64,000 nucleotides of DNA. It comes from Eledone cirrhosa. Lineage: Eukaryota. The notes beneath the pieces are model-generated. The model saw nothing but the letters and a program-made list of their open reading frames with translations. It did no database searches and was not told the origin of the DNA. Made by a program: the position numbers and the translations under genes. Shown in pieces: positions 12,595-26,256 of the stretch (within the stretch, counting starts at the first letter, position 1; each line of letters opens with the position of its first letter). The stretch lies in assembly GCA_964016885.1 (NCBI GenBank), contig OZ024742.1, forward strand, positions 49,724,001 through 49,788,000. The letters are read 5' to 3'.

Positions 12595-12735
12595 CATCAT
12601 TTTACGATCGTTTGTGGGATATATATGTGTATGTTGGTATGAATATCATATTAAAGATCCATGTAAAAAAATATTACAAATTATCAGAGGAGATATACAT
12701 ACCTTCACTTATATATGCCATCTTCAGAAATGATG
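12595..12735 (-). ncRNA. Degenerate type I hammerhead motif with ~105-nt stem/loop II (duplicated at 14560-14700)
   Basis: Minus strand: CAUCAUUU-CUGAAGA-UGG..AUAUAUA...UAUAUAU..CCA-CAAA-CGAUCG-UA-AAAUGAUG. Perfect 8-bp stem I and palindromic stem III, but GAAA reads CAAA. Confidence 0.6.
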
Positions 12736-12911
12736 TATATACATATATATACATATATAAATATATATAAATATATATATGTATATATATATATATATGT
12801 ATATATATAAATATACATATATAAATATACATCTGTATACATATATAAATATACATATATATATGTATATATATGAGCATATATATATGTGCATGTATAT
12901 ATGTATATATA

Positions 12912-13016
<105 letters not shown>

Positions 13017-13023
13017 CTATATA

Positions 13024-13066
<43 letters not shown>

Positions 13067-13295
13067 ATATATATGTATATATATATATGAGTTTCAGAAG
13101 ATCCCGTTAAGGGTGAAAACTGCGATTCTTTGCTTAAACTTTAATCTGTTATTTTAATAATTATTTGCACTACGGTTCTTATATATTTCATATATATTTA
13201 TCCTTATCGAGCCCTCTTTAGATTTTAGTCTTCAAATGTATTATTATTACTATATGTATATATATATGTATACATATATAAATATACATATATAT

Positions 13296-13327
<32 letters not shown>

Positions 13328-13329
<2 letters not shown>

Positions 13330-14263
13330 CATCATCATCATCATCGTTTAGCGTCCATCTTTCATGCTTGCATTTGTTTGGATGGGAGTTTTCCCACTTG
13401 AAGCAAGATTGGTTGTCCTACTCGTATAGGACTATCTGGCGGATTTTCTATGGCTGGATGCCCTTCCTAACACCAACCACGTTTACAGTGTGGACTGGGA
13501 GGTTTTTACCGTGTTACCTACACGCCCATATTACAGCGTGGACTGTGTGTTTTTTTGTCGTGACACCTACACGTCTGGCGGGTTTTCTACGGCTGGGTGC
13601 CCTTGCCAACACCAACCACATTTACAGTGTGGACTGGGAGGTTTTTACCGTGTTACCTACACGGCCACATTACAGCATGGACTGTGTGTTTTTTTGTCGT
13701 GACACCTACACGACCTCATTTGTTTCGAACTGGATGTTGTGGTACCAATATAACTTCACATTTAGGTGGGGGGGGGGGGGTAGTGGGACGGGGGTGTATT
13801 TTGTTGGAGGTGCCTAAAGACTTTAGTTTTCGCTTTGTACTTAGGCATGGCAGTTCTTCTGTATAACTGTGTAGCGCCAAAGATCTCGGTCCAGTGACAT
13901 TGTCTTGGAGAGGTGTAAGTGTGTGAGGTCGGAATTTATCAAGTCGTCCCAGGTTTTTCTGGGTCTGCCTACTCTGTGACTACCGTCTATTTTTATCGCC
14001 CTACACTTTTTTATACAGCTGTCGTCTTTCATGCACATCACGTGACCGTACCAACGTAAACAACATCTGATCCCTCTTATTCCTAATTTCTCCCTTAGTC
14101 CGTTTATGCTTTGCCGTTCACGTATATTACTGTTACACATCCAGCGGAGCATGCAAGCTTCGTTTCTCTCCAGTCTGCGTATATCCTCTGCACACAATGC
14201 CCAGATCTCACTGCCATGTAACATTGATGTACGTATGCAGGCATCATACAGCCTGCCTTTCAT
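13328..14263 (-). mobile_element. RTE LINE family A copy inside the second duplication unit
   Basis: Identical 160-aa ORF to the 11876-12358 copy. Confidence 0.92.
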
Positions 14264-15060
14264 TATATATATACGGTGGATTGGCAGTATCGGTAGAGGG
14301 TCGGACGCCTTGCTTTGATGCATAGAGTTACAGCCCTTGCAATTCTGAGTTCAAATCCCACCAAGGTTAACTTTGCCTTTCATCCTTACGGGGTCGATAA
14401 AAGAAAGTATCAGTAATGTTCTTTGTAATTGCTGGCCTTGTGCCAATAGTAGAAACAATTATATATATATATATATATATAAATATATATATACATATTT
14501 AAATTAATAACAACAATTAAATAAACACAAAGAACAGGCTCCATATATTAAAAAGAAATCATCATTTTACGATCGTTTGTGGGATATATATGTGTATGTT
14601 GGTATGAATATCATATTAAAGATCCATGTAAAAAAATATTACAAATTATCAGAGGAGATATACATACCTTCACTTATATATGCCATCTTCAGAAATGATG
14701 TATATACATATATATACATATATAAATATATATAAATATATATATGTATATATATATATATATGTATATATATAAATATACATATATAAATATACATCTG
14801 TATACATATATAAATATACATATATATATGTATATATATGAGCATATATATATGTGCATGTATATATGTATATATATATATGTGTATATATATATATATG
14901 TATATATATATAAATTTATGTGTATGTATATATATGTATATATGTGAATGTATATATATGTATATATGTGTATATATATATGTGTGTATGTGTATATATT
15001 TATATGTCTATATAATCAATATATTAATAAATGGAAACTATATTTATAAAACCATAATTA

Positions 15061-15121
15061 TTTTATTATATATATTTCAAGACCAACCATGGTAATTTTG
15101 GTGCGCTTTAATCAGATAAAA
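15061..15121 (-). ncRNA. Degenerate hammerhead motif (family shared with 50005, 56203, 57299)
   Basis: UUUUAU-CUGAUUA-...-GAAA-UAUAUA-UA-AUAAAA. G8 is mutated and stem II is decayed; shared downstream flank AUGGUUUUAUAAA...CCAUUUAUUAAUAU. Confidence 0.55.
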
Positions 15122-15320
15122 TACAAAATATGTTTTATAAATGTTGACATACCCGTAGAAAAAACAAACTTGACTGTTGAAGCTTCCATTGATACTCTAG
15201 TAATTTGTTGAGTGCTTTATATCAGTTATAAAACTGTTAAGCTTGTTGAATCCCAACAAATTAAATATAACTTCTGCATATATGTATATATATATATATA
15301 TATGTATGTATATATATATG

Positions 15321-15357
<37 letters not shown>

Positions 15358-15540
15358 GTGTGTATGTATATATATGTTTATATATGTATATATGTGTATA
15401 TATATATATGTATATATATATATAAATATACATATATATATATATATGTATGTATATATATGTATATTTATATATATACATATATATATGTGTGTATATA
15501 TATATGTATATATATGTGTATATGTGTATATATATATATG

Positions 15541-15586
<46 letters not shown>

Positions 15587-15589
15587 TAT

Positions 15590-16198
15590 GGTGGCTGCCA
15601 ACTCGTTTTCGAGTACGGCCACTACTTTATATCCATGTAGGAGAACCCCTACCGATGCGCTGAACGAGTGTGACTTTTTAGTCCAGCCAGCGACTTGAAA
15701 ACTCTGGTACAAACACTACACTTGTGACAATTACTAACTCATAGTGCTGGGCCCATGGTACCATGTGACGACAAGTGCAGAGAGATCTCCAGATATAAAG
15801 CAATGCCTGTGCCGTGAAGCTTTTATAGTGAGCAAAGGCACTGCACAAAGCCAGTCCCACTCTCTTAACCAAGATGATATTTACCAAAAAGAAGAACAAG
15901 TCAACATCATTGGATACCATCAGGGTTGCAGGTGTTATATCAGAGTTTTCCTTCTCCTAGAATTCTGCCTTGACAAAGGCTAAGGGGTCATCTCTCCCGG
16001 TGATTTTGGATGGCCATTGACTCTTAAGAGCTCCTTTGCCCTTTGACAGGTTTTGTTTTTAGTCCTGCAGGATGTCCAAAGTCACCCTCCTCACCAAGAA
16101 ACCTTGGTGGGGTTGCCAGTTTAGTCGCCAACGACCCGACCATGAGACAGGTTGTACTGGGATACATGTTACCAGTAGCACCAACTGGTGACCTGACA
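15590..16198 (-). mobile_element. Probable 5' UTR region of an RTE-type LINE, or an RTE-derived non-autonomous element
   Basis: GC-richer island between two (TA)n tracts. Minus strand contains TTAGCCTT...GGCA...CTAGGAGAAGGAAAACTCTGA, a motif typical of RTE 5' regions. No RT or 3' tail. Confidence 0.5.
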
Positions 16199-16201
16199 TA
16201 C

Positions 16202-16288
<87 letters not shown>

Positions 16289-16365
16289 CATACATATATA
16301 TATATGTATATATATATATCATGAAATACTGTTGGCTTCACGCTCACAATAATTTCTATAGTTTC

Positions 16366-16408
<43 letters not shown>

Positions 16409-16491
16409 TAAACAAATAATGAATAAAACAATGAAACAGTTCCTTATATTAAACAAAAAAAGTTCATTATTTATATATATATATATGTATG

Positions 16492-16565
<74 letters not shown>

Positions 16566-18359
16566 CATACATATATATATATATGTATATTTATATATAT
16601 GTATGTATATATATATATTTTTGTGTGTATTTGTGTTTGTGTGTCTGCATGTTATAAACATATTAAGCTAAGTTCAGCTTAGTTAATTAACTAGTTGTTT
16701 ACTTTTTCATATTTCTAAGCCAGCAGCAATTAATATAACTAAATAATTAATTCCTAGTAATTTGCCTCTAGTTTACTCCCTGGGCTATGGAAAACCACGA
16801 CTTATCTTAAGATAAATTTTGCCCCATTAGTCTAAACAGTTCTCTGGTAGTGTTTAAAGTTTTAAAAAAACATTCATCTATTTCTACCATGTGTGACCTG
16901 CTTCTTCTCTCTTCTTTTTCTCCCCACCCTCTCTTAATATGATTTTTACTCAACTTTTTGGGTTTTTCTTATTCATATTTCTGAAGCATATGCAATTAAG
17001 AATATTTAATTAATTAACTAATTAATTCTTATTCATTTGTCTTTACACTCTATAATGTATTCAGTGTTGTGATGGGCATCCAGTCATTGAAAGCAAAATA
17101 GTAATGGATTGTCTGAGAGAAATGTTGTACTCCAACTTATCTTGGAGGACTGTAACAATTTGTATGAACTATATCATCATGGAAGATGGATATAAGATGA
17201 CGATGATGTGTGTATCTGTGTATGTGTGTGCATTTTTGTTTTCTGCACCCAACAACTTGAACTATTCAATAGGAATATTAACTGAATCGATGACACCAGT
17301 TTCAATATGACTTCAGGCTTCATGGACACACCCTCTTCCTACACACGAAACAAATAAGTAATCTAAATCAAATGAAATAAATTGGCATTGTGTAATTCAA
17401 TGTAACTGTGTAAAACAAGCAACAGAATATGTCGGAATTTTACTCATGGTAGATCAACTTTTAATGATCCTCACTTAAAACCATATGTTGGGGAGCTATT
17501 GACTATATCTCCATATTTATATTATTTATGTTTTAGTCATCAATGTCACCAATAATGTCTTATTTGTTTAAACTAGTTAAACAACCATTATTATATAATA
17601 GCTGCAACAATGAATGAGATTAAATAGAACTTGGAGTCCAATAAAAATAATGTTTTGGTGGAATCTCCATCAGACGTGTATTAATACTGTTTAGAATTTT
17701 TCTTGTTTCATATTGAAAGCATTGCCATCAGTTTGTTTAAGATAGAATCAAAGAGACAACAGAAGAGAGTGTTATTATGTACACCTATATTTGGCACTTT
17801 CCAAACAATCTAACTAATAGCATGTTACAGTATTTCTGCTATTTCATACAGAGTTTCTCCTCTTTCATTTCACTGAGATTTTAATAATTATTTTGACAGA
17901 ATTTTCTCCTCACATTTCGTAGTACTTTCACAATGACATATATGATGTCTGTAATAATGACATATTACATATCAATAGATATTTATGACTTTATAGTTTT
18001 GTGGGCTTCAGGAATGTATGCATAGCAACATATCTAGAGAAAATATATATTTGTAGATATGCCACAGCAGCTAGCTATCTAAATGTAATTAACAGCTATA
18101 CAAGAAATCATTTCCATAGCGATACATATCTGTAAAAGAGACATCTGTATGCTTATACTTTAAGCATACATGCAACATCCAGATGAATTTATGGCATATT
18201 TATAGCTGTAGACAACGTGTTAAAAAGATTGAATATATATTTCTATATCCATGCTTATATCTACATATACTTATGTATGTACAGTGAAAGCCTAAGGAAA
18301 AACATAGTGAGAGGACTAGTTTCCCGAATAAGAATGAAGGGAATCTACAGCATCGTCAT

Positions 18360-18640
18360 CATCAGCAGCACCACCATCATCATCATTTATATCTGCTTTT
18401 CCATACTTGCATTGATAGAGCAACTTCCTATGTATTGAGTTCTTTTGACATATTCTCCGTGAACTTTAGAAGTTTGAGATAAGTTCTCACCATCTTTGCC
18501 CAGACCTTTCTTCATCTTCCTCAAGTAGGAAGCTAACTTCCACTGAGATATCATGGTACTTTTTCCCAGTGATTATCATCTATACATATCAAATGTCCAT
18601 ATGTGTACAGTCTTTTCTCATGCACACTACATTTGACAAT
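18360..18640 (-). mobile_element. Old RTE 3' relic
   Basis: (CAT)n followed by degenerate antisense RTE C-terminal sequence. Confidence 0.5.
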
Positions 18641-20016
18641 TATGTCATTTACCACATATAAATGTCCAAGTAGTTATAGATGAAAGCATGACTGAGTTGT
18701 TGTTTGATTTTCAGTTATAAGGTCTTGGTGTGATTCCATTGCAAGATATCATGGGCAAATGTCCTCTGCCATAACCTCAGGTTGAGCCAAGTCTACTGCA
18801 TAAAAGTGGATAAAAGTGGATTATAACTGCAATTCAGAAAGCCAGCATTGAAATATTAAGAAGTATGTAAGCAGTGCAATTATATGTGGAATACTCAGCC
18901 ATTTACCCAACATTTTAATGAGTAAGTAGTGTAGTTGATAAAATAACTGGAATAATCAACATTAATACAGATATAACTTGAATTTCTTATGTACATATAT
19001 AGTTCCTTGTGTGCATACCAGTTCTTACAATAGGTACACAATATCCACGTATGTTGTATGATGTGACTAAAAGAGTCAGGAAGGGCATCTGGCTGTAAAT
19101 CATCTGTTCGGCCTGCACCATTATGGAAAAGTAGATGTAAACATGTTAATGATGATGATATCAATTTCTGATGGTGATAATAATGATTTTGATGTATGAA
19201 AGATAGTGTTAATTCAAGTTATCTGGTGCCTATTTCCATTATTTTAGACAGTTATTACAATATCTGAAACTATGTTGGAAACACAAGACTGATTTTTGGT
19301 TTCCAACAGAAAGGAAATAAATATCTATATATTTTGTCATAGATCCAGAGTTTTGATGAAAGACAATGCTGTATTTTTGTATTTTTGTACCACAAAACTA
19401 TGGTTTTACTCTAAAGACATTTGGCAAACCTCTTCAATTTATTATTCTACGATAATCAAATTATTTTCTCTAACCGTATAGATTCTTCAGAGAAGCAGAC
19501 TGACCTATAAGTAGTAGCACCATACTTACAACCACATCACATAACATTAACCATAAGAGACTATACAAAACCAAGTTGCTGGAGCAAATCTAAATTTCTT
19601 TCTTCTTCAATTTTTGATAATTTTGTTTTTGAATTCACTAGTTTACTCCTCTTACAACACCAAATTTCTCTTTACTTTTAGTAGTGATAAATATAGTTAA
19701 AATATTTATTTACTTGTCTTTTTCCTTGCTCTATTTTCTCTCAGCTAAACATATGAGGTGGAGCATTGCCAAGGACAAAAAATACCACTTTATTTTCTTA
19801 GCTATTTTATGATTTGCTTGCTCTTTTCAACATCTCACATAAACACTAAAAATGCAAACAAATCAGGAATACATTGGATTATTTCAATTAAATTATTTTT
19901 AATTTTCTCCTTTAAATATTTTGATATTCTCTCTTAACTATGTTGGGTTGGTTGATTTACTGCCAGCTAGCCTTTGCTATTAAGAAAAACGGATATTTAA
20001 TGATCACACACACACC

Positions 20017-20650
20017 ATCATCATCATCATTGATCAATGTCCATTTTTCCACGCCCTCCTGAGTTAGGCGAGTTGTCTTGACATGAAACATGCCAGATCA
20101 AGTGACCACATCATGCTCATACAGACTTGTATTTTGGCTTGGATTCTATTTGAAACACTTCTTAACTCCAGCCACATTACTGAGTGGACAAGGTGCTTTT
20201 ACATCATTTCACCAGCTTGACCATCCTACAGGGTGTACTGAGAGCTTGTTCGTTGTATCACCAGCACTGCCATTTTACAGGGTTGATTGGGCTCTTTTTG
20301 TCATTTTACCAGCACAACCAACTTACATGGTGGCTGGTTGGAGGATAGATGTTGGGCATTAAATCTATGAATGTTGAATTTGGTTTGTGGACTTCAGCAG
20401 ATCATCTCTCAGAAACTCCCACTTCTCAAATATTTCTCACTCTCTCTCATTTATGTAGCACCAAAAATTGCTGGAAGCCCATAGGTCAAATTATCAATCT
20501 TCCCTCTTTACATTCGATATTATCACTCACATTCTAAATATTGAATACATTTTTTCTATACATGCATGAACAGACAAATCTTCTCCAGCAAAACTTCTCT
20601 ACAATTCTCTCCATCATTTAACATTTTCTGTATAAGATTTGCACCTTTGC
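20017..20650 (-). mobile_element. Old RTE / RTE-tailed SINE relic
   Basis: (CAT)n then a degenerate AATGTCCATTTTTCCA tail and decayed RT C-terminal sequence. Confidence 0.45.
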
Positions 20651-20988
20651 ATAGGTTTTCATCTGCCAACCTTTACCATGTATAAGCATTGCATCTAGGA
20701 GGCATGAACTCTATAAGTCATAGTAAAGACAATCTGTTGATATGAGCAACAACTTTAAATAAGAACTAGTCACGCTTTAGTCATGACAGCACACTTAAGT
20801 GCTAGTGGCATGATGAAATACACCTAGTAGTATGTTGTAAAGTAGTTGAAGAGAGGAAGGGAATTCAGCCTGTAAAACATAGCTAAAAATATGAGAACTA
20901 CAGTTGCATATAAATTAAAATAAATGTAGTTAATATTTGTTATCTGGATAAACTACTATATTCTGACATTTTTCTTTTTTGTTTGCAG

Positions 20989-21027
20989 ATCCACGTAAAC
21001 CAGAAGTTGGCAATAACCAAAAGCGTG
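20989..21027 (+). CDS. Candidate 39-nt frame-preserving microexon of an unidentified host gene
   Basis: Branch-like TTCTGAC, polypyrimidine TTTTTCTTTTTTGTTTGCAG|, exon ATCCACGTAAACCAGAAGTTGGCAATAACCAAAAGCGTG, donor |GTAAGC. Phase-1 reading xPRKPEVGNNQKR; phase-0 reading IHVNQKLAITKSV is also open. Confidence 0.6.
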
Positions 21028-21252
21028 GTAAGCTAACATTTTATTACTCCAGCTTTCAGCTTTTATGGATGTGTGTATGAGTATTTTGAATTTTATGAAT
21101 TAAAAAAATGTTGATTTTCCATTACACTTGTTTGTGGCAAGTTTTAGTGCAACATAGATATATTTTTGTGATTATATTCAGACATATTTATCTATCTATT
21201 TTAACATATATACACTCAAACACATGCATACATACACAAATTGACACAAATA

Positions 21253-21301
<49 letters not shown>

Positions 21302-21618
21302 GGAGATAGATAGATAAATAGATATATTTACATGCATGTATGCATGTAAATATATTAAAGATTATATTTTGTATGTCAGCAAATTTATGTTCATAATTTT
21401 GTGAAAATGTATGATGAGATTTCGTTTTTTCATTTTTATTTTTAAGTTTCATTGTTAACTTTATTTTCCCTCTACTTGTGACCATATGCTATTTGAAAAT
21501 TTATGTTATATTAGACATTTGCATGCTTCAAAAATAATTTATTTATTTATTTATTGTTACTATTTGATTATTTTTTGTTATCATCATCATCACCATCATC
21601 ATCACCGTTATTATTATT

Positions 21619-22558
21619 GTGGAGTTTCCAGCGATTGTATTGCTGAAAACTTGCTGTAAGCTCCTGAAGACATTCTAGCGCCTGGAGACTAGAATGTCTT
21701 CGGGCGCTTACAGCCCTCGACCAGTCGAGCAATACAATCACTGGAATCTCCACCTTGGAAGGAAAGAGCAACGACGTCCTTGGGGAGACTCTAGGCGTCG
21801 ACGGAAACCAACTAGCCGATCTCTTCGGGAGAACTTTTGGACCGGGGCCCATGGACAACTTCCAGTAATCCCTGGCCTGGCAGTGCTACTGAGGAGCCTT
21901 GCCAGTTCGAGATAGACTCTACAGGCATGAAAGTGCCGTCAGCCGAGCCTGTCCGAGATGTGCACAGGACGATGAAACCGTCCTGCATGCACTCATCCAG
22001 TGTCCGAGCATTGCTGATTTGTGGGTTTATGCTGAACACCTGCTGTCACGTGTAGAACGGATCTGGCTATCAGCTGAATCCATCGTGAAGATTGCCCCGC
22101 CGCCCTCCTTTAGCTGAGAAGGGCAGGAAGTTTTTATCTGCCTGGTGGCCATGGTAAAAGAGATTGTATGGTGGACACATCTGAAAGGGTTGAAGACCAA
22201 TACTTTCCTCTTCGGTGATGCCCTCATTAACTTTTTCAGGTTTCACATGAAGAGGAAAATAAGGGTGGAGAGGGAAGTGCTGACCTTCAGTCAGTTTTTT
22301 GAAAGGTGGGTGAGAGAGGCAAGAATGGCCCATGTGAATGGGTCTACCCTGAGCGTGTGCCTGTAGCATTGTGGGAGGAAAACTGGAAGAGGGCATTTGC
22401 CCTAAAGGTCAGGGTAACCGTGGCTTTTGGGAATTTTTCATTGTTTCCTTTTGTCACACTCTGTTTTGTTTACATGTAGAAATGCCCATTTGTATTGTCC
22501 TGTGTTGTCCTTAATGTTATACTTTGTGTCAACCCTTGTGGTTAATAAAGAAAGCATT

Positions 22559-22608
<50 letters not shown>
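21619..22608 (+). mobile_element. 5'-truncated Tx1/L1-type LINE 3' end with (ATT)n tail
   Basis: zf-RVT-like CPRCAQDDETVLHALIQC, then KEIVWWT...FFERW; 3' UTR with AATAAA and (ATT)n; TTA repeats on both sides. Confidence 0.8.
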
Positions 22609-22982
22609 GTTTTTTAGCTTCCAGTTTTTCACTATCTGTGTTTTTAGTTTTACTTCCTAGTCTATTGATAGTTTTCTTTATTTCTGTACATTTTCTTAGT
22701 ATATTGTTATGGTGAAAACTTGCTGCTTGAATGTCGATATTTACAATATAGCAACACTTGATAGTGTCAATCATTTTCATGTGTTAATGTCAGCATGTAT
22801 TAATTTCTTTTGTTTACAGTTATTGCCAAACAAACTTTCTTATATATGTTCAATTTCATGCTGAGTATATTTTCATGTTTCAGTTTCTGAGCAATTTAAC
22901 TTTCATACTTTTATCTTGGTTTTTCAACATATTTGAAGAAATGCACATTATATATATATATATATATATATGCATATATATA

Positions 22983-23094
<112 letters not shown>

Positions 23095-23139
23095 GTATAT
23101 ATATATATGCATATATATATATATATATAAATATGCATA

Positions 23140-23220
<81 letters not shown>

Positions 23221-23631
23221 TTATATGTATATAGGGTTGAACATTTTTCAATGTAATTTATTTTTATTGCTCTAAAGACATATTATTTGATGATTGTTTT
23301 TTCTTTATTGTCATGGAGACTGTGACAGAAACATGAAATTCCTTTCAGGAAGTAATCTGTTGATAACACATACACACTCAAACACAGACATACAGGTGCA
23401 GATATGCATACACATTTATTTAAAACTGTATATACACACATATCTATATATAGATATATGTATTTATGCACACATTTAATGAAATACACTTATAGAGGCA
23501 TTGCTTAATGTATTGTATATATACTCATTAATATTTTATGCAGAATACTTATATATGCATAACCATAACTAGATGTGTTTAAACATATCCACACATAATT
23601 ATTCATACTTGTACAAACACACGTGCATATG

Positions 23632-23709
<78 letters not shown>

Positions 23710-24599
23710 TGTGGGTGTGTTTGTATGCATAAAAATGTATATATGTATGCCTACATATACACAAGTATATAGGTTCCCTAACAAAGTTTTCCACTAGACA
23801 TTTTAGACGTGTTAGCTAGCTGACTGAAGTTGAAAGCATTTGCCATAGTAGAGAGTAATTAACTATGCAATTTCACATGTTGTTTCACTTGATAAGCTGC
23901 AATTTAAATCAAAGCTGTGACTAATATCATCGTTAGCATTAAGGAAATTACGTTGACCAGATTTAATCAATGGTCTGCATAGTTCTTAGCTGGTGCATTT
24001 CTAACAGCTAGCTTGTCATCAATTTCTAAGTATGTTTAATCAGCTATCTGTTGTAATAGCTAGTTGCTTTCATGTGCAGCTTGTGAGCGAAAATATAATA
24101 TAGACAATAAACTCTAAAAGCTCACCAGAAAGGTGTTATAAATAATAATAAAAGGAAAATAATATTAAAATATGAATATAAAGATAAGAATAAACTTTTA
24201 AAATTAACTGAGAAAATAAATGTGACTCTGTTTTCATAAAGGTGTTAAGCTTCATTGTAAACTGTATAGTATACTGATAGTAAGATTAAACAGATGATTA
24301 ACTGTTAGGAATTCAGCAGGCGATATGTGAAGAGAGGGAAAAAATACTGGTTATGTTGATTTAGCATATCATTATTTCTTTAGATTAGGTAGTCTTTCTA
24401 TACTGCATAACATTTCTTTGGAAACATTAAATGATTATCTGGTTAGTATATATGTTTTGTCAGAAGATGTAAATAAATTTTCTTTTCAAATATTTGACTA
24501 TATTGAGCAGTTTTGGTCCAGATAAATAAAAGATAAATAAGCAGATGACATTATATTGTCAGTTTAATATATCAAGTTGTGTCTGTGTGAGTGTGTGTT

Positions 24600-24709
<110 letters not shown>

Positions 24710-25049
24710 CACACATATATATATTACAATAAATGTATATAAAACATATATGATATGTGTATGTATAGTGAACCTATATGTCTTGCTATGACTATTTAAA
24801 GCTGTGACCAGGTCACAGTTATTACCATAGCTATGTGAGAAATTAAGACACTAGTGTTTCAGAATTATATATATGCCCTGATGAATTTGTTCAATTTTTG
24901 CCACCTCACTACAGAATTCAATAGGATATACTCTGCATCTGTCTATCCCCAGATAGTATTGTGTAGGACAGTGAGTGGCATGATGGTTGCCGCACCATGC
25001 ATTCGGTGAAGCACTTCGTGATATTCTGATTTCCTCAACTATTTTTTTA

Positions 25050-25956
25050 TCATCATCATCATCATCATTTTACGTCTGCTTTTCCCTGCTTGCAAGGGTT
25101 GGACGGGTCCTATTCAGCACAGCATCTCCCCACTTGTCACGGTCCTTCATCATCTCCTGCCATGTTTTTCATGGTTTTTCATAGTCTACCTCTACTGCGT
25201 CTTCCTTCTACTGGGATTTCTTGGCACTTCTTTACCCAGCGGTCATCCTCCATGCGCATCACATGTCCATACTATCTCAGCCTTCTCTCCTGCACACCAC
25301 AATTTATCCCTCTTATACCCAGTTTCTTTATCAACTCATCTATGCTTGATTGTTCATGCACATTGACATTGCACATCCAACAGAACATAGTTGCTTCATT
25401 TCTGTCCAGCCATCACATATCCTCTGCAGTTGCTGCTCATGTCTCACTACCATGCAGCATTGCGCATCTCACACAGACATCATATAACTGTCCTTTCTTT
25501 CGTACGCAGGAAGAAACCCTTCTTTGTTAACAGAGGAAGCAGCTCCCTAAACTTCTTCCAACCTGTCCTTATTCTAGATACTATGGTCTCGGAAGACTCC
25601 ACCTCCAATGCTAATCTGATCACCTAGGTACCAGAAGCTATCAACCGCTTCTATAGAACCCACCTGCATTGGAAAAATGTGTCTATCACTGCGATTACTA
25701 CAGCCAACTTTCCTTGTACATCTACTGCATACTTAGTTTTCCCTACCTGTTAGTTTGCCTGCTATCCCACTACATCTCTTGTGTATCCAAGATCTGTATT
25801 GCGTACATTTTATGGAATTTATGCTAGTTCCTTTCCTACATATCGAACATGGGCATTTCCCTGATGGAATCAGAGTATTCTCTTCTCTTCTACTTATCAA
25901 CACTTTTGTTTTAGTTATGTTCACTCTCAGTCCCCTTGATTCCAACTGCTGCTTCC
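25050..25956 (-). mobile_element. 5'-truncated RTE LINE family B with PHD-like finger
   Basis: WKQQLESRGLRVNITKTK...CPCSICRKG...CTQYRSWIHKRC...; RT C-terminus; (GAT)n tail. Confidence 0.9.
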
Positions 25957-25993
25957 ATATATATATATAAATACACACACACATATATATATA

Positions 25994-26214
25994 AAGAAGT
26001 GCCAAGAAATCCCAGTAGAAGGAAGACGCAGTAGAGGTAGACCACGAAAAACATGGGCGGAGGTGGTGAGAGCAGACCTCAGATCGCTGAAACTCACCGA
26101 GGAGATGACGAAGGACCGTGACAAATGGAGAGATGCTGTGCTAAATAGGACCCGTCCAACCCTTGCCAGCAGGGAAAAGCGGACGTAAAATGATGATGAT
26201 GATGATGATGATGA

Positions 26215-26217
<3 letters not shown>
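25994..26217 (+). mobile_element. Short RTE family B 3' fragment, inverted relative to 25050-25230
   Basis: KKCQEIPVEGRRSRGRPRKTWAEVVRADL...REKRT followed by (GAT)n. Confidence 0.9.

Positions 26218-26256
<39 letters not shown>

Noticed and set aside
16090-16198. HDV-like ribozyme at the RTE-like 5' end
   Set aside because: P2-like and J4/2-like (CUAA) pieces are visible, but no P1 partner or proper L3 could be assigned.
23277-23365. UUGAUGA...GAAA with a hairpin between
   Set aside because: C3 is missing and the stem I / stem III register does not fit; at most a very decayed relic.
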